Below the pieces are notes generated by a model. That model searched no databases. It saw nothing but the letters and a program-made list of their open reading frames with translations, and was not told the origin of the DNA. The translations under genes were made by a program, and so were the position numbers. A DNA stretch of 64,000 nucleotides, from the NCBI GenBank assembly GCA_019057475.1, contig DXJO01000010.1:160001-224000 (forward strand), written 5' to 3'. This document shows, in pieces, positions 60,560 through 64,000 of the stretch. The stretch is from Candidatus Thorarchaeota archaeon (GTDB lineage: Archaea; Asgardarchaeota; Thorarchaeia; Thorarchaeales; Thorarchaeaceae). Position 1 is the first letter of the stretch; every line of letters starts with the position of its first letter.

Positions 60560-61558
60560 CTACTCGCCATGGTATCTTCGTAGAACCCTTAGCGCACGCA
60601 GAGTGATCCACTTCGATGGCTTATGCTTAACCTCGATGTCACACAGCATTTTGCCATTGAAGCTGTCCTTGAGAAGCCACTTGCCATCCGCTGGACGATT
60701 CGCAATTACTAGGTCGATTGTGTCCTGCATTCTCTCATCATAGATTCCAAGACCAGTCAGCAAATCAAGAACCTCAAGAGCATCCGACTGGTAGAACATA
60801 GGGAATCCAAATCTCTTCCATCCCGCCTTGTCCTTGCGACTCCCATCCGGAGCGCGCAGATACTTGTAGATTCTGTTCTCCAAGATTATCTCCACCTCTT
60901 GGTCGATAATCTCTCTAATCCTCTTCGACCGTTTCTTCCTCGGGATAGAAGCAAGTCCCCTGAGAAGCTTGACTCCACCCATGTAGCAGTTCTCTGGGAA
61001 CACTCTTGATCTGTTAATAGGATAGGCTCTGCACTTCCAACCTCCAACATCATCAGAATGGTATTCGATCTGGAACTCAATCAATCGTTTCACTCTGGGG
61101 TCTTCAAGGTAGCCGAAGTGTATCATGAAGTAGAGAATATTGCCATCAAGACAGCATCCATCTTTGACAACACTGGCCCGACCCCGTTCGGTCTTTGGCG
61201 CCTCAGTCAGGAAGTGCCCAGAATCCCTTTGAAACCCAAAGATGGATTCAATGCCATGCTCAATGGCCTCGGTTCTCTTTGCACCCAATTCAGCCATAAT
61301 CAGAAGACTGTGTGTACTGGCAGTGTACTTGGGCAAGTACATGTTGTCTGCGCTACCCCAGTGGCCCTCTGATTTTTGCGCACTGAGAATTGTCTTCACG
61401 CAGGGCGACTTCATAATGGCTTTCTGAGCCGCAACTACGTCTGGATGGTCCCTATCCATGTCCTTGAGATGCTGCAATGCCCAGAAACGGATGCTTGGGT
61501 CAGAGGGCTCATGGAGCCAATCGATGACTCCCTCTTCAACGAACTCAACCCACTTCAT
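60560..61558 (-). CDS. Prenyltransferase/squalene-cyclase-like alpha/alpha toroid protein
   Basis: Q-x-x-x-G-x-W repeats (QKSEGHW, QRDSGHF, DVGGW, ADGKW), FGFPMFY..D.LE, KPSKWITLRAL. Confidence 0.7.
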   Translation of the reverse strand: MKWVEFVEEGVIDWLHEPSDPSIRFWALQHLKDMDRDHPDVVAAQKAIMKSPCVKTILSAQKSEGHWGSADNMYLPKYTASTHSLLIMAELGAKRTEAIEHGIESIFGFQRDSGHFLTEAPKTERGRASVVKDGCCLDGNILYFMIHFGYLEDPRVKRLIEFQIEYHSDDVGGWKCRAYPINRSRVFPENCYMGGVKLLRGLASIPRKKRSKRIREIIDQEVEIILENRIYKYLRAPDGSRKDKAGWKRFGFPMFYQSDALEVLDLLTGLGIYDERMQDTIDLVIANRPADGKWLLKDSFNGKMLCDIEVKHKPSKWITLRALRVLRRYHGE

Positions 61559-61591
61559 GTCCTAGCATAAAGTGGCTCTGAGCTATTAAGG

Positions 61592-61780
61592 GGTTGCAAA
61601 CAGCTGCTGTAAAGTTGGACATATCTGGACAATTCCATTGTGGGCTTTATATAGACCAATACGACATTGATCTCTGAGGAATATGACACACCTGTGAAGG
61701 TTCCTCACGGAGTAGTCCAGTGCCGTTTTCTGGACGTACTAGACTTCGGTGTCCAACTTCGTACAACTTACAATGAACGG
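61592..61780 (+). mobile_element. IS607-like mini-element type A (189 bp), second copy
   Basis: Left end (G)GGTTGCAAACAGCTGCTGTAAAGTTGGACATATCTGGACA; right end TGTCCAACTTCGTACAACTTACAATGAACGG; same internal layout as 13035-13222. Confidence 0.85.
61675..61780 (+). ncRNA. Putative omegaRNA-like guide scaffold
   Basis: TTTATATA at 61646. Hairpin TGAGGAA/TTCCTCA. GTCCAG-TGCCGTTTT-CTGGAC lies inside CGGAGT/ACTTCG, and the loop is complementary to the terminal AACGG(T). Confidence 0.55.
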
Positions 61781-61801
61781 TGCCCGTCCGAGATTCAGGT
61801 A

Positions 61802-63124
61802 TCATAGGTCAAAGCCTGTTCTGCCGCTGCCCCAGGATTCCATTGCTCGCTTGAGTTCCTCATGTTCCTTGGCGTATCTGCTGACAGGAATCCCCTGCAT
61901 CTTGGCGTCGATTGCCTGCCTGAATGCGACAGCACCTGCAGTTGAGCCGTCAGGATGAGCGTGAATTGCACCGCCAGACCCTATCACGATGTCTGGCCCG
62001 AGGTCGTCAACCACCTCTTCTACCATTCCTTGCGATATGCCTCCGCTGGGCATTGGAGCTGTCTGTTCGATATTATGTAGTGGCATAATCATGTCATGTG
62101 CCATAGCGAGGAATCGCTCTTTCAGAATGGGCGCTTTGCCATAGGGCGCCGGGAATACTGTGATATCAGAGCCACAGATGCGTGGAAGCTTCCCAATCAC
62201 GAGGTTAGTTGCAATCCCTGTGATTGGCGAGTACGATATTGCACCTGCTATGTCCATGTGTGCCAGGACTGGAACTTTGATTGAGGGATCTTCGCAGACG
62301 TGGCGAAACGCTGAATACCCTACGGCCATGAAGTTGATCATCAGGGCGTTCGCACCAAGTTCGATTGCTCTCTCTGCGTTCTCAAACAGTTTTGGGACAG
62401 AATCGGTGATATTCACGGTAAAGAGAGTCTTCTCACCCTTCTCCGAATCAGCTCGGTCAAGGGCTTCCATGAAGAGTGGAATTCTCTCCTCGATTGTGTT
62501 AAAGTGGGGATTCGCCAGGAGCTCGTCATCCTTGATGATGTCTGCGCCACCAACAGCGGCTTTGTAGCACAACTCCGCTCCCATCTTAGCACTCGTATAT
62601 ACACATGGTTTAATCATGTTGTTCAGAAGCGGTCTCTTCTTCACACCAAGCAATTTCCTGAGACCCCTTATTCCAAACCTGGGCCCCTTGAAACCCTTGA
62701 GCCAGCTTTTCGGAAACCGCATGTCAAGGACTTTGATTCTACCACCTAGTGAGATGTTCCCGACAACCGTGGAGAGGAGCATTGGTATCTGCTGCCCGAA
62801 GTTCTCCCATGGATAAGCAACCTGAATGATGTACTGTCGGCGCTCAGTATCCCTTGGATAGCTGTATTCGTATGCAGGGACCTCATAGATTCCGATGACC
62901 TTGGCAACATGCCTCTTGCGCACAGCCACAGTCTCGCCGGGAACCAGCGTCCAAGTTCCTGTGCTCTGTTCAACAGCGGCAGCATAGGCAACCTCTCTCA
63001 CGTCAATCATCGGCGGTAGACCAACGTAGTAAGTGGTTATGACGTATTTTTCCATCTCAATCGCATCAGGCAATGCGTCCGGCATTGCTTCAAGTGGCAG
63101 TCTATTCATCTCAATCAGTCCCAT
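61802..63124 (-). CDS. RuBisCO-like protein (form IV)
   Basis: EQSTGTW, GPRFGI.GLR, IKP, GADIIKDDE, PMPSGG, GGAIHAHPDG. It has AHMDIAGA in place of the form I-III HxHRAxH. Confidence 0.88.
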   Translation of the reverse strand: MGLIEMNRLPLEAMPDALPDAIEMEKYVITTYYVGLPPMIDVREVAYAAAVEQSTGTWTLVPGETVAVRKRHVAKVIGIYEVPAYEYSYPRDTERRQYIIQVAYPWENFGQQIPMLLSTVVGNISLGGRIKVLDMRFPKSWLKGFKGPRFGIRGLRKLLGVKKRPLLNNMIKPCVYTSAKMGAELCYKAAVGGADIIKDDELLANPHFNTIEERIPLFMEALDRADSEKGEKTLFTVNITDSVPKLFENAERAIELGANALMINFMAVGYSAFRHVCEDPSIKVPVLAHMDIAGAISYSPITGIATNLVIGKLPRICGSDITVFPAPYGKAPILKERFLAMAHDMIMPLHNIEQTAPMPSGGISQGMVEEVVDDLGPDIVIGSGGAIHAHPDGSTAGAVAFRQAIDAKMQGIPVSRYAKEHEELKRAMESWGSGRTGFDL

Positions 63125-63281
63125 TCTTTGTTGTGCTACCCTGCTTATTTCACTTTGGAAGATTGTTTTCCGCACTTCCCAGTTGAAGAAGCTTCAATCA
63201 TGATTCCTCTAGAGCTTGTTTTATCTGAAGATACGAAATTGTTATGATGTAGCATTCTCATAGAGTCGTAGGTGTAGGTGC

Positions 63282-64000
63282 ATGATTCCCATAGCAGAAG
63301 TAGCAGAACGAGCTGGTATACCAGCTGAATTCTTGGAACACTATGGCAAGTACATAGCCAAGATTGATCTTAACATTAAGAAGAATCTGGGTGAGCGAAA
63401 AGGAAAACTCATCCTTGTGACTGCAACCAATCCAACCCCTGCAGGTGAGGGTAAGACTACAAACTCGATTGGTTTATCGATGGCCCTCAACGCGATGGGG
63501 CATAATGCAGTTGTAGCACTGAGAGAGCCTTCTCTTGGGCCAGTTTTTGGTGTGAAGGGAGGCGCTGCTGGTGGCGGGATGTCTCGAGTTCTTCCATTCG
63601 AGCGAATAAATCTCCTATTCACCTCTGATTTCCCTGCGATATCTGCTGCGCACAATCTTCTCTCAGCCATGATTGACAATTACGCACATTATGATCACCA
63701 ACCGGAACTGGATATCAGGAGGATCTATTGGCCCCGTACTGTGGATATGAATGATCGAGCTCTCAGGAGAGTCATTATTGGGCTCGGCGGGCGGTTTGAC
63801 GGACTTCCACGTGAGGAGAGATTCATCATCACCGCAGCTTCCGAAATAATGGCAATTATGGCTCTTGCCAAAGATTACCCTGATTTGAAAGCACGATTGG
63901 GCAACATTCTCATTGGAAGAAGTCAGAGACTGAAGGAGATGTTCGCCCGAGACCTTCAGGCTGAAGGCGCAATGGCAGTACTGCTTCGTGATGCGCTCAA
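63282..64000 (+). CDS. fhs: Formate--tetrahydrofolate ligase (3'-truncated by window edge)
   Basis: Translates MIPIAEVAERAGI...YGKYIAKI...LVTATNPTPAGEGKTT...LREPSLGPVFGVKGGAAGGG. Confidence 0.96.
   Translation, partial: MIPIAEVAERAGIPAEFLEHYGKYIAKIDLNIKKNLGERKGKLILVTATNPTPAGEGKTTNSIGLSMALNAMGHNAVVALREPSLGPVFGVKGGAAGGGMSRVLPFERINLLFTSDFPAISAAHNLLSAMIDNYAHYDHQPELDIRRIYWPRTVDMNDRALRRVIIGLGGRFDGLPREERFIITAASEIMAIMALAKDYPDLKARLGNILIGRSQRLKEMFARDLQAEGAMAVLLRDAL

Noticed and set aside
61802-63124. Carboxylating form III RuBisCO
   Set aside because: Lacks the HxHRAxH and loop-6 signatures; fits form IV.
1-64000. tRNA or rRNA genes; the many short antisense ORFs
   Set aside because: No cloverleaf or rRNA-like sequence seen in intergenic gaps by eye. 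The short ORFs are shadows of well-supported genes.

Overview
Archaeal chromosomal window, most likely from an Asgard archaeon such as a Thorarchaeote. This is inferred from a Rab-like GTPase with no prenylation motif, archaeal ApgM/TrmI/A-type ATPase genes, TATA-like promoters and about 50% GC. Most of it is dense metabolic housekeeping: lower glycolysis (pyk, eno, apgM), nucleotide-sugar genes, a complex-I-like membrane arm (split J, K, L, M, N), a scrambled partial A/V-ATPase cluster, a bshC-bshA/bshB bacillithiol-type cluster, LarA, FGGY kinases, Acr3, a form IV RuBisCO-like protein and fhs. The main hidden structure is a family of five IS607-like elements. They share an ungapped 41-nt left end beginning GGG and a right end finishing AACG(G). 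One element (25588-27919) encodes an unusually large ~710-aa TnpB/Cas12-like RuvC nuclease and no transposase. Two ~188-bp minis carry a TATA box and a covarying hairpin/pseudoknot RNA matching the 3' end of that gene, so they look like stand-alone guide (omegaRNA) cassettes. Two 280-bp minis carry the remnant of a conventional IS607 tnpB 3' end. Two of the minis sit inside the first codons of host genes and supply a new start codon. Also notable are a 130-aa protein with a coiled coil, a Pro-rich linker and a VASP-FAB/WASH-C-like motif, and two orphaned gene 3'-end remnants (pyk, larA). All calls come from reading motifs by eye; no database searches were run.
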